Source: Fidelibacterota bacterium
GTDB lineage: Bacteria > Fidelibacterota > Marinisomatia > Marinisomatales > Marinisomataceae
DNA: 64,000 nucleotides
Reading direction: 5' to 3'
Assembly (NCBI GenBank): GCA_965212055.1
Contig: OZ243041.1
Coordinates: forward strand, 79,914 to 143,913
The notes under the pieces are model-generated. The model was not told the origin of the DNA, did no database searches, and saw nothing but the letters and a program-made list of their open reading frames with translations. This document shows positions 47,958 to 56,813 of the stretch, piece by piece. Position numbers and translations under genes: made by a program. Every line of letters begins with the position of its first letter. The first letter of the stretch is position 1.

Positions 47958-50900
47958 CTAAAAATTTGATCTTGTACTATATATGCCTTGTCTACGTTCA
48001 ATTTTTAAATCTTTTAATATATCTGATTTAAGATTTAATCTAAAATACAGACCTTTTGCATATCCATTTGGGGTCCAATCTATAAAAAATTCCCAACAAT
48101 CTATTTCTCTATACAATGTAAGGTTATGCCTAATGATCGATTTATCAGTTATATTGAAACGTGCATTATAGTTTAATTTCCAATTTTGCGTAACGTTGAC
48201 AGATGTATTTGTATTAATCCAAAAATTTTCGATGGTATTTGAAGGATTAAATTTATTGATTGTATAACTAAGACCAATTCGCGAATTCCAATTGTTTCCA
48301 GATAAGTCATTCAAGAATTTTTTAGTATCTTCACTAAATTCTTTTTCTTCTTTACTATCAGTCGGTTCTGATTTGCTTCTAATTGTGAAATTTGTTGCAA
48401 GTCTTGCTGCAACCATTCTTGGAAAATTATCTAATTCATCAATTCTAACATTATTTTCACCATCAAATTTATATGGATCATGTGTAAAGTTCATGTCAAC
48501 AGAAACACCATCTTTTAGATTACTACGCATTGAAGTGTTAATCTTTGATATTTTAAATTCATCAGCATTGAAGTTATAACTGCTAGAAATTCGCCAATTA
48601 AGAAAATTAATTTTTTCCTCTTTGTCTTCTTTTTTTATTTTTGCTTGGAAAACGTTATTTAGAGACAGACTAACTCTTTTAGTGGAACTTGTTGGAGTAG
48701 ACCCTATTAGTGATCCTTGGAAGTAATCATAAATTTCTGTTCCAATTTCTTGGAAGTAGTCATTGTTATCTTCATAATCTGGAGAATAATTAAATCCAAT
48801 GCTTGGCGTAATAACGTGTCTAACAGATTCTACATTTCTAAATTTGATTGGTAAAATACCATATATTTTTGTTGATAAAGAAAGTCCAAAATTTCCAGTC
48901 GTTCTATTTTTAATTTTATCTTGATAGCTAAAGGTTACATCTTCATCTTCATTGAGCTCTGCTATTCTGTATCGATTGATAAAATCTGAATTAATATTCA
49001 GATTTGGATTGATTGCAATATATTTAAAAATTGTAAATGGAGCATTAATAGCAAAATTATTTTTTAACATTCCATCTACTTTATGAGCTTTAGAAGCATT
49101 TCCATTACTGTCTTGTTTCCACGCATAGCCTATTGTTCCATCTTCATTGATAATTTCTTCTGCCTCATAGTAGCTTTTAGTATTGTTAATCAATCGAGAA
49201 CTATAATTCCATTGTATATTATTTAACCATGACTCTTGAGGTGAATTTTGAAATAATTTTCTTCGAGCAACTCTCAAATTTAATGAAGGCAAAGTGCTCG
49301 TATTATCTGTAATTGTATTTTGAGTGCTATAAGGAGTTTGGTAAAAAGAAGAAGAAGGATTGACCTTATTAGATGCCATTAAATCTTGTTTGTTAGATGC
49401 GTTTGCACTGATTGAAATATTTTGTTTTGCCCATCTTTTTGTGTAAGTAATATTTGAAATTGCTTGTTGATTTAATCGTTTAATTGGATCAATACTTGTT
49501 TCTCGATTGTATTCTCCATTGCTGTAATAACTAGCATTCGCTCTGAAAGTTTGATTATTCCTTAGTATTTGGTTGTGTTGCCAATTAAAAACATAGTCAG
49601 TTTGGTTATTTTCACTAATTTTTGAAATATTTTCTTCTTCAGAACCCAAATACTTTCTTGTTTCAAGTTTTAACTTTCCACTAAACTTATATCGCTTCTT
49701 ATATTCATTATTTGCTTTGAGTATAATCCCTTGGCGATCCGCAAAACTCAACAAAAATTCTGAACCAAAATAATCATTTGGAGCAAAATAATATCCTAAT
49801 CCATCCAAATATGTTCCACGATTTTCAGATGATCCAAATGATGGCATAATCCAACCTGATCTTCTTTCTCCAGATGCATGAGGGAAGATTGCCAAAGGGA
49901 TACCAATGATAGGAACTCCTCCGATATAAACATTTAATGGTTTTGCAATTACTTTTTCTCCATAAATGATCTTTACCTGTTTGCTCCCCAGATAAAATTT
50001 TGATGGGTCACAAGATGTAAAAATACAATCATCAATATAAAAAGTACTATCAGTGACACTTGTAATTTGTTTCCCCATATATTTATTTTCTTGAACTTGG
50101 CTTTCTCCTCTTAATATTTTTCCCCTTTTTGATTGAAGATTATAAACCATTTCATCGCCTATCATTGGTTCACGGTTTCCTTCAATTAAAAGAGGCCTAT
50201 TTTTTTCTTCGCTATCTAATGGATTAGTCGTAAATGCTTCTAAAATATTGGTTTCCCAATTGACATTTACATATGATGCCGAAAGATCAATATCTTCGTG
50301 TAATATTTTTGAAAAACCATATAATTGTGATATTTGTTTATCAACCTCAAATTCGATTACTTCTGCAGAATAATTAATGGGTGAGGTAATGCTAGAATTA
50401 AATTTATTTGGGGTATATCGCCCAATGGTACCGCCTTTTGCTGTTAATCGTGTTGCTGATTCATTGTCAATACTAATTGCTATTGAATCACCAGACACTT
50501 CATTGCTTCCTTGATATAAAGAATCATCATACAGATGAATAAAGGTTGATGCCATGCCCTCTAAGTATACTTTATCAATTTCATTTTCTTTGATATCACC
50601 CAATATATATTTTGCTTTTAATAAATTCTGATTTTCTAATTTGACTAAATCTTCTTTTTCCCCTTCCATTTTTTTCTCATATCCAGTATTGGTTGAAAAA
50701 ATTTCTCCTCCAGATAGAATTTCAAAATTATTTAACTCGTCATTCTCAAATTTTAAGATTATTTCGTCGCCGTAGATTTGATGTTTATTATTTTCATTAA
50801 TTTGGCAATTTTCAATAAGAGTAATTTGTTCTGTCTTTTCATTAAGTAGCGCTTTGTTTGATTGCATACTTCTTTGCTTGTCATCAATTCTTACATTTCC

Positions 50901-51203
50901 ATACATTGAAAACAACTGACTATCTTGATTATATGTCAAAGAATCACAGTAAATGGTTTGGGATTCTTTTTTTATTACAACGTTATTGTTTAATTTTACT
51001 AATGGAGATTTTGCATATTGAGTAGCAAAATCACTTTTTAAAACCGTATCATTCTTTTTAAAGATAATATTCCCAGACAATTGTGTTATAGTTTCATTAT
51101 TAATAACAGATGACTCTAATAGGTCAGCTTGTTGAAGAATTAACTTGTCTTGCGTGAAGCTTATCGATAGAAGAAATGCGAGAACAAAAGATTTTTTAAT
51201 CAT
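47958..51203 (-). CDS. lptD: LptD/OstA-family LPS-assembly outer-membrane protein (large form)
   Basis: Signal peptide MIKKSFVLAFLLSISFTQD, N-terminal OstA-like repeats, and GGVPIIGIPLAIFPHASGERRSGWIMPSFG typical of LptD. The start is taken at Met37 of the tracked ORF, with Met25 (51239) as an alternative. Confidence 0.8.
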   Translation of the reverse strand: MIKKSFVLAFLLSISFTQDKLILQQADLLESSVINNETITQLSGNIIFKKNDTVLKSDFATQYAKSPLVKLNNNVVIKKESQTIYCDSLTYNQDSQLFSMYGNVRIDDKQRSMQSNKALLNEKTEQITLIENCQINENNKHQIYGDEIILKFENDELNNFEILSGGEIFSTNTGYEKKMEGEKEDLVKLENQNLLKAKYILGDIKENEIDKVYLEGMASTFIHLYDDSLYQGSNEVSGDSIAISIDNESATRLTAKGGTIGRYTPNKFNSSITSPINYSAEVIEFEVDKQISQLYGFSKILHEDIDLSASYVNVNWETNILEAFTTNPLDSEEKNRPLLIEGNREPMIGDEMVYNLQSKRGKILRGESQVQENKYMGKQITSVTDSTFYIDDCIFTSCDPSKFYLGSKQVKIIYGEKVIAKPLNVYIGGVPIIGIPLAIFPHASGERRSGWIMPSFGSSENRGTYLDGLGYYFAPNDYFGSEFLLSFADRQGIILKANNEYKKRYKFSGKLKLETRKYLGSEEENISKISENNQTDYVFNWQHNQILRNNQTFRANASYYSNGEYNRETSIDPIKRLNQQAISNITYTKRWAKQNISISANASNKQDLMASNKVNPSSSFYQTPYSTQNTITDNTSTLPSLNLRVARRKLFQNSPQESWLNNIQWNYSSRLINNTKSYYEAEEIINEDGTIGYAWKQDSNGNASKAHKVDGMLKNNFAINAPFTIFKYIAINPNLNINSDFINRYRIAELNEDEDVTFSYQDKIKNRTTGNFGLSLSTKIYGILPIKFRNVESVRHVITPSIGFNYSPDYEDNNDYFQEIGTEIYDYFQGSLIGSTPTSSTKRVSLSLNNVFQAKIKKEDKEEKINFLNWRISSSYNFNADEFKISKINTSMRSNLKDGVSVDMNFTHDPYKFDGENNVRIDELDNFPRMVAARLATNFTIRSKSEPTDSKEEKEFSEDTKKFLNDLSGNNWNSRIGLSYTINKFNPSNTIENFWINTNTSVNVTQNWKLNYNARFNITDKSIIRHNLTLYREIDCWEFFIDWTPNGYAKGLYFRLNLKSDILKDLKIERRQGIYSTRSNF

Positions 51204-51276
51204 ATCATATTTAACAAATGTTATTGATTTTTGTTTCATCTTTGTAAAGTAGAAATGTAATGTATAAATTGCTTTA

Positions 51277-51582
51277 ATGTTAGAAAATCTGTTCAATGAT
51301 ATTTTGTCCAACCCTGCCTATCTGGCAGTTGCGATTGCTCTAGCTGCAATGATTGCGTATAGTGTAATCAAACGTTTGTACAAATTAGTGGTCTTAGCAG
51401 TTGTGCTTTTTGTTATCTATTGTGCATATCTTACACTTACTGATCAACCATTGCCAGAGATAGATATTGATAAAATTCAAGAAGAATTAGGAGAAGTAAC
51501 AGATCAGGCTAAAGAATTGAAAGAAAAAGCAAGCGACACACTTGATAAAGCAAATGATACGCTTGATAAATTAAAAAACTAA
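51277..51582 (+). CDS. Small membrane protein (2 TM helices) with a charged, YtxH/LEA-like C-terminal helix
   Basis: A 101-aa protein with two hydrophobic helices followed by KELKEKASDTLDKANDTLDKLKN. Confidence 0.55.
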   Translation: MLENLFNDILSNPAYLAVAIALAAMIAYSVIKRLYKLVVLAVVLFVIYCAYLTLTDQPLPEIDIDKIQEELGEVTDQAKELKEKASDTLDKANDTLDKLKN

Positions 51583-51593
51583 AGAGGGTTATT

Positions 51594-52442
51594 ATGTTTG
51601 AAAAAAATCTTTTAAATGGACAAACAATTGTGATTACCGGAGGAGGAACTGGTTTAGGAAAGAGTATGTCCAGACGTTTTGGGGAATTAGGTGCCAATAT
51701 TGTAATTAGCGGTAGAAGAAAAGAAAAACTTGAAGAAACCGCTGATGAATTTTCAAAACTTGGTATTAATGTTTTGACTTGTCCTGGTGATGTAAGAAAA
51801 TTAGAAGATGTAGAATTGATGACATCTCAAGCGATTGATAAATTTGGGAAAATTGATGGATTATTAAATAACGCAGCCGGGAATTTTATTTCTCCTACTG
51901 AAATGTTAAGCCCTAATGCATTTAAAGTGGTGATTGATATTGTTTTGATGGGGACTTGGAATTGTACTAGTACGATTGGTAAAGAAATGATTAAAAACAA
52001 AAAAGGAAATGTGCTTAGCATTGTTACAACCTATGCGTGGACAGGATCTCCGTATGTTGTTCCTTCTGCAGCAGCAAAAGCTGGTGTGTTAGCAATGACA
52101 CGATCTTTAGCTGTAGAATGGGGGAAATATAATATTCGATTTAACGCTATTGCACCTGGCCCATTTCCAACAAAAGGAGCATGGTCACGTTTAATGCCAC
52201 CAGGTTTTGAAGATTTTGAAGATGGAATGAAGAATAAAATTCCTATGAAACGATTTGGTGAAAGACATGAACTAGAAAATTTAGCTTCTTATCTAATGAG
52301 TGATGGATCTGCTTACATTAATGGTGAAGTAGTGACTATTGATGGAGGCGAATGGCTTGCCGGCGCTGCTGAATTTAGTGAGATGGACAAAATTCCGGAT
52401 TCTTTGTGGAAAGCAATGGCTGCAAGACGTAAGAAAAAATAA
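51594..52442 (+). CDS. Short-chain dehydrogenase/reductase, 2,4-dienoyl-CoA reductase-like
   Basis: ITGGGTGLGKSM, NNAAGNF and PSAAAKAGV (DECR-type active-site region). A GAGGG RBS lies upstream. Confidence 0.8.
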   Translation: MFEKNLLNGQTIVITGGGTGLGKSMSRRFGELGANIVISGRRKEKLEETADEFSKLGINVLTCPGDVRKLEDVELMTSQAIDKFGKIDGLLNNAAGNFISPTEMLSPNAFKVVIDIVLMGTWNCTSTIGKEMIKNKKGNVLSIVTTYAWTGSPYVVPSAAAKAGVLAMTRSLAVEWGKYNIRFNAIAPGPFPTKGAWSRLMPPGFEDFEDGMKNKIPMKRFGERHELENLASYLMSDGSAYINGEVVTIDGGEWLAGAAEFSEMDKIPDSLWKAMAARRKKK

Positions 52443-52446
52443 CACT

Positions 52447-53199
52447 ATGTTTAGCTTAGAAAACAAAACCGCTATTATTTCAGGCGGTTCCAAAGGTATC
52501 GGAAAAGCAATTGCATTCAAATATGCTGAAGCAGGAGCTAATGTAATAATCTGCAGTAGAAAAAAAGAAAATTTAGATACTGCTGTTCAAGAGGCAAAAT
52601 CAAATGGATTCGATATTACATCCATAGAATGTAATACAGGAGATGTCGATTCAATACAAAATGTGGTTAATCAAACGGTAGATAAATTTGGAACAGTAGA
52701 TATTTTAGTGAACAATGCAGCTGCCAATCCTTATTATGGCCCAATCCTTAAAGCTGAAGATAGTCATTGGGATAAAATTTTTCAAATCAATGTTAAAGGC
52801 TATTTTGAATTTGCTAAAGCATGTAGTGTTTCGATGATTGAAAATAAATCTGGGAAAATTATTAATGTTGCATCTATTGCTGCAAAAACCCCTCTTGAAG
52901 GATTGGGGATTTATAATATTAGTAAAGCAGCAGTTGTGATGTTAACTAAGGTGCTTGCCAAAGAAATGGCATATGCAAACATACAGGTCAATACATTGGC
53001 CCCCGGTTTAATTAAAACTGATTTTAGTAGAGCATTATGGGAAGATGAAAATATATATTCACAAATTATTAAATCCATTCCACAAGGTAGAATGGGAGAA
53101 CCTCAGGATATTTCTGGAATGGCACTATATCTTGCTTCTGACGCTTCTGATTTTATTACAGGATCGATGTTTACTATTGATGGTGGGATTACTACTTAA
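52447..53199 (+). CDS. Short-chain dehydrogenase/reductase (FabG-like)
   Basis: ISGGSKGIGKAIA, NNAA, YNISKAA (YxxxK) and PGLIKT. The start is taken at ATG 52447 rather than 52339, which would overlap the preceding gene. Confidence 0.85.
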   Translation: MFSLENKTAIISGGSKGIGKAIAFKYAEAGANVIICSRKKENLDTAVQEAKSNGFDITSIECNTGDVDSIQNVVNQTVDKFGTVDILVNNAAANPYYGPILKAEDSHWDKIFQINVKGYFEFAKACSVSMIENKSGKIINVASIAAKTPLEGLGIYNISKAAVVMLTKVLAKEMAYANIQVNTLAPGLIKTDFSRALWEDENIYSQIIKSIPQGRMGEPQDISGMALYLASDASDFITGSMFTIDGGITT

Positions 53200-53843
53200 G
53201 TATTAATTACCCAATTATAAAAATCTTTGATATTACTAAAAGTATTTGCTCCAGTATTATTAAGTCGATTGATATCATTATGACCATTGTGAACCAGCGC
53301 ACAATCAACACCCATATACTGGGATACTCTAAAATCTAATAAACTATCACCAACAATCATTGTTTCAGACTTAGGGATATCAATCCCCATCAACAATTCT
53401 TCTCCTTCAACTTCTTTTCCATACCCAGATGGAGTATGTTTTAACCCAGCAATATTTTGTATATACTGATCTAAATTAAAAAATCCTATCTGTTCCACTA
53501 ATTTATCGTGAAGGGTAGCAGATAAAACACTTTGTGTAATATCACTCTTATTAAATTGAATAATTGTTTCTTTAGCAAAAGGTTGAAGTGCAAGAGTTTT
53601 AAATTGTTTTTCAAAACCATCATGAAATTCTATATTGGTATTTTCAAAAGGTTCTTTATCAAAATCAAAACCAATTGATTCATAGAATGTTTTAATAGGG
53701 AAAAGAAATTTTTCTTTATAGGCTTGGATCGTAATTGCAGGAATATTACGCTTACTTAAAGATTGGTTAAGAATGGTCACGCATAAAGAAAGATCATTCA
53801 ATAAAGTTCCGTTCCAATCCCATATTATGTGCTTATATTTCAT
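53196..53843 (-). CDS. HAD-superfamily hydrolase (phosphoglycolate-phosphatase-like subfamily)
   Basis: Motif I is IIWDWNGTL (D-x-N instead of D-x-D). Motif IV-like MIVGDSLLD is also present. The protein is 215 aa. Confidence 0.75.
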   Translation of the reverse strand: MKYKHIIWDWNGTLLNDLSLCVTILNQSLSKRNIPAITIQAYKEKFLFPIKTFYESIGFDFDKEPFENTNIEFHDGFEKQFKTLALQPFAKETIIQFNKSDITQSVLSATLHDKLVEQIGFFNLDQYIQNIAGLKHTPSGYGKEVEGEELLMGIDIPKSETMIVGDSLLDFRVSQYMGVDCALVHNGHNDINRLNNTGANTFSNIKDFYNWVINT

Positions 53844-54474
53844 GAATTTGAAAGTAAATAAAAAAACAGCATTAATAAAGAAAAGACTAAATAAACCATT
53901 ACCTGCATGGGATAGTCAGAAAAAAATGTCGGTTGTCAAAGTTAATAAGTTTGTTAGATTGGCTTTTAATCCACCACCAAATGCAAAATTAGCTGCTGTT
54001 GCAATTATTTTGTTTCCAATTGATGATGACATAGGATTTTTTTTAACACAACGAACAAGTAATGTAGATCATCATAAAAGCCAAGTGTCATTACCTGGGG
54101 GAGCCCAAGATCAGGGAGAATCCCTTTCTGAAACATCACTTCGAGAGAGCAAAGAAGAGATTGGAATTAATAATAATTTAGAATTTATTGGTAATTTAAC
54201 TCCTCTTTATACCCCTGTTTCTGATTTCTTAATCCACCCCTATGTTTGGTATACTCCTTCAAAACCAAAAACTGTTCTTAACAAAGATGAAGTAAGTGAT
54301 ATTTATACAATCTCTTGTAATGAATTAATGCATCAACAAACTTTAGGGACTATACCAAAGCAATTTAGAGGCATATCCTATGATGCACCATGTTTCCAAT
54401 TTATTCAATGTAATTGTTGGGGTGCTACAGCAATGATATTATCAGAATTTAAAGATTGTCTATTGGAGATTTAA
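53842..54474 (+). CDS. Nudix hydrolase, CoA pyrophosphatase-like
   Basis: Nudix box GGAQDQGESLSETSLRESKEEIG. The start is ATG 53842 (alternative 53926). The tracked 53773 start would overlap the HAD gene. Confidence 0.75.
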   Translation: MNLKVNKKTALIKKRLNKPLPAWDSQKKMSVVKVNKFVRLAFNPPPNAKLAAVAIILFPIDDDIGFFLTQRTSNVDHHKSQVSLPGGAQDQGESLSETSLRESKEEIGINNNLEFIGNLTPLYTPVSDFLIHPYVWYTPSKPKTVLNKDEVSDIYTISCNELMHQQTLGTIPKQFRGISYDAPCFQFIQCNCWGATAMILSEFKDCLLEI

Positions 54475-55404
54475 TTCTGTATCACAGTTGGAACATTTAG
54501 CTTGTTTACTTGCTTGCACTTCTTCAAAACAAGTAGGACATTTTTCATTCATTGGTGATTGTTTGTCTGTTACAGCTCCACCTGGAGTTTGGGATGCTTT
54601 TGTCCATAAAAATGAAACCAAACCAAGTGTTAATAAATAACTAATAACTTCAATAGCACTTGGATTACCGTTCCATCCGAACAACCCTTTTGCAAATACT
54701 CCAATACCACCTTTTTCATGGAGTAAAGGATAGCTTCCATCTGGATTTAATGTAGGATTAACATCCCATATTGCACCATAGTAAGGAATAACTCCTGCTT
54801 CTTCAAATTCATGTATTCCATAGGAAACAAGACCTGCAGCAACAAATATCAGCAGCACTGACGTAACATTAAAGAATGTTTTTAAAGGAACTTTTTTACC
54901 CTGTACAAAGATTGCATAACCGATTAGTATTGCTAATATGGCACCAATTAATGAAGTAGTTAACGATAATCCTCCATCTTTGATAAAAATTCCATAAAGA
55001 AATAACACTGTCTCGATTCCTTCTCTAAATACGGAAAGAAATGCAAGACTAAATAAACCAATGGCAACATTTTGATCACTTGCTAATACAGCTGATGCTT
55101 GGTTTTCTAAACTTTCTGATACATTCTTATTTCTTGCCATCCAAACAATCATTGTAGATAACAATACTGCAGCTAAGATCATTACAGTTCCTTCAAAAAT
55201 TTCTTCTGCTTTACCACTAAATCCACCAAGAATTAGCTGGAAAACAACTGCAAATGCTACACTGGCAGCGACTGCACCAAAGACTCCATTAATGATGCTT
55301 TGTCCTAAATGTTTTCTACCAGTTTTGCTAACAAATGTATAAAGTATACCCACTACCAAAGCAGCTTCAAGAACTTCTCTAAATACTATGATTAATTCAG
55401 CCAT
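54460..55404 (-). CDS. FTR1/EfeU-family high-affinity iron permease with a C-terminal CxxC...CxxC tail
   Basis: Two REXXE motifs (REVLE and REGIE), 7 TM helices, and the tail KCPTCFEEVQASKQAKCSNCDTELNLQ. Confidence 0.85.
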   Translation of the reverse strand: MAELIIVFREVLEAALVVGILYTFVSKTGRKHLGQSIINGVFGAVAASVAFAVVFQLILGGFSGKAEEIFEGTVMILAAVLLSTMIVWMARNKNVSESLENQASAVLASDQNVAIGLFSLAFLSVFREGIETVLFLYGIFIKDGGLSLTTSLIGAILAILIGYAIFVQGKKVPLKTFFNVTSVLLIFVAAGLVSYGIHEFEEAGVIPYYGAIWDVNPTLNPDGSYPLLHEKGGIGVFAKGLFGWNGNPSAIEVISYLLTLGLVSFLWTKASQTPGGAVTDKQSPMNEKCPTCFEEVQASKQAKCSNCDTELNLQ

Positions 55405-55416
55405 ATTGAATTATTT

Positions 55417-55435
55417 ATTGAGATTTAATCTCAAT
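55417..55435. promoter_or_regulatory. Palindromic candidate operator upstream of the iron permease gene
   Basis: ATTGAGAT-TTA-ATCTCAAT (core TGAGATT-T-AATCTCA, 7-1-7) lies 13-31 nt upstream of the FTR1 start codon. Confidence 0.4.
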
Positions 55436-55500
55436 ATTGAGGTGCTAATATAGATAAAAATTTTTTATACTTCAATAGTATTGGTAATTTTGGTAATAAC

Positions 55501-56367
55501 ATGAAAAAAGAATCAAAAAATTTTGCATTTCATACAATTAAAGTTGATGATATAAAATCAATCCTAAAAAAAAGACCTGTGGATTCTCATAAACGAACTT
55601 TTGGACATGCACTGATGATGTCAGGTAGCAAAGGAATGATGGGAGCTTGCATTTTGTCATCAGAAGCAATTTTGCGTTCAGGCGCAGGATTGCTCACAAT
55701 TTATATTCCGAAAGCTGGTGAATTAATTGTTCAAACCTCAATACCAGAAGCAATGGTGATTGTTGATTCTAATGAGAATCATATTCAAAGTTTTCCTGAT
55801 CTTAGTAAATACTCTGCTATTGGAGTTGGTCCTGGTATAGGTACCGCTTCAAAAACAAAGAATGCTATTGCTGATTTCATCAACCACGTTAGTATTCCTA
55901 CTATCTTTGATGCCGATGCCCTAAATATTATTTCTCAAAATAAAGAATTATTACAACATATTCCGCATGAGTCAGTATTGACTCCGCATGAAAGAGAATT
56001 TGAAAGACTTGTGGGTAGTTTTGATAATATCAATGATCGTACAGCACTACAAAAAAACTTAAGTATTCAATATCAAATTAATATTCTTGTGAAAGGCCCT
56101 CAAACCTGTATGACCAATTCCACAGGAGATATTTTTATCAATTCAACAGGAAATCCAGGTATGGCAACAGGGGGTAGTGGAGATGTACTGACTGGTATTA
56201 TCACTGGTCTAGTTGCTAGAGGCTTGTCTCCATTTAATGCAATGATTTCTGGTGCATATCTACATGGGCTATCAGGAGATATTGCAAGAGGATTTCTTGG
56301 CGAAGAATCTATGACTGCCCAAGATTTAGTTGATTATCTTGGACAATCATTTTTAAAAGTGATATAG
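55501..56367 (+). CDS. nnrD: ADP-dependent NAD(P)H-hydrate dehydratase (YjeF C-terminal domain type)
   Basis: Motifs SHKRTFGHALMMSGSKGMMGA and GNPGMATGGSGDVLTG. Confidence 0.88.
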   Translation: MKKESKNFAFHTIKVDDIKSILKKRPVDSHKRTFGHALMMSGSKGMMGACILSSEAILRSGAGLLTIYIPKAGELIVQTSIPEAMVIVDSNENHIQSFPDLSKYSAIGVGPGIGTASKTKNAIADFINHVSIPTIFDADALNIISQNKELLQHIPHESVLTPHEREFERLVGSFDNINDRTALQKNLSIQYQINILVKGPQTCMTNSTGDIFINSTGNPGMATGGSGDVLTGIITGLVARGLSPFNAMISGAYLHGLSGDIARGFLGEESMTAQDLVDYLGQSFLKVI

Positions 56368-56811
56368 TTACTCGACTATCATATAACCGCGCATCGTTGC
56401 ACCATGTGCAATATATGTGCAGATGTATAAATATTTTCCTGGTTTCTTTGGTGCAACAAATTCAACAGAAGTTTCTTCTTGTTTGTCAGCTAAAGTTGTC
56501 ATCGCTAGTATTGAATTGCTTGCAACTGGATTTCCATCATTCAGTTCAGCATATTCCAAAACGTCTGACGCTTGAGATTCATCAAGTAAAATAACTACAT
56601 TATGAAGCATCTCTCCTTCATACTCTAAAGAAGCATTATTTTTCATAGTGAGTTTTACTTTAGAACCAGCTTTGACAGTGAATTCGGTGGTGTCATATTC
56701 CATTTTATCACCCAAAGAGCCAATGGTAATTATGGTCATCTCATTGCTTGTTGTTTCACCACCACAATTGATAACCATTGTTGCTAGTAGTATTATTAGT
56801 GTTTTTTTCAT
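56368..56811 (-). CDS. Azurin-like type-1 blue copper protein, secreted (possible lipoprotein)
   Basis: Signal ending INCGG. MLHNVVI parallels azurin GHNWV. YLYICTYIAHGATMRGYMIV has the azurin ligand spacing C-x4-H-x3-M. Confidence 0.8.
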   Translation of the reverse strand: MKKTLIILLATMVINCGGETTSNEMTIITIGSLGDKMEYDTTEFTVKAGSKVKLTMKNNASLEYEGEMLHNVVILLDESQASDVLEYAELNDGNPVASNSILAMTTLADKQEETSVEFVAPKKPGKYLYICTYIAHGATMRGYMIVE

Positions 56812-56813
56812 TT

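Noticed and set aside
51204-51311. The longer tracked start for the lptD-like ORF (51311), which overlaps the divergent 51277 ORF.
   Set aside because: The signal peptide MIKKSFVLAFLLSISF starts at Met37. The upstream 36 codons are not signal-like and would overlap the neighbouring gene and the promoter region. Met25 is kept as an alternative.
52339-52446. A 36-codon upstream extension of the second SDR gene, and the 53773 start for the Nudix gene.
   Set aside because: Both extensions run through the preceding or opposite gene. The Rossmann motif begins right after the internal ATG (MFSLENKTAIISGGSKGIG).
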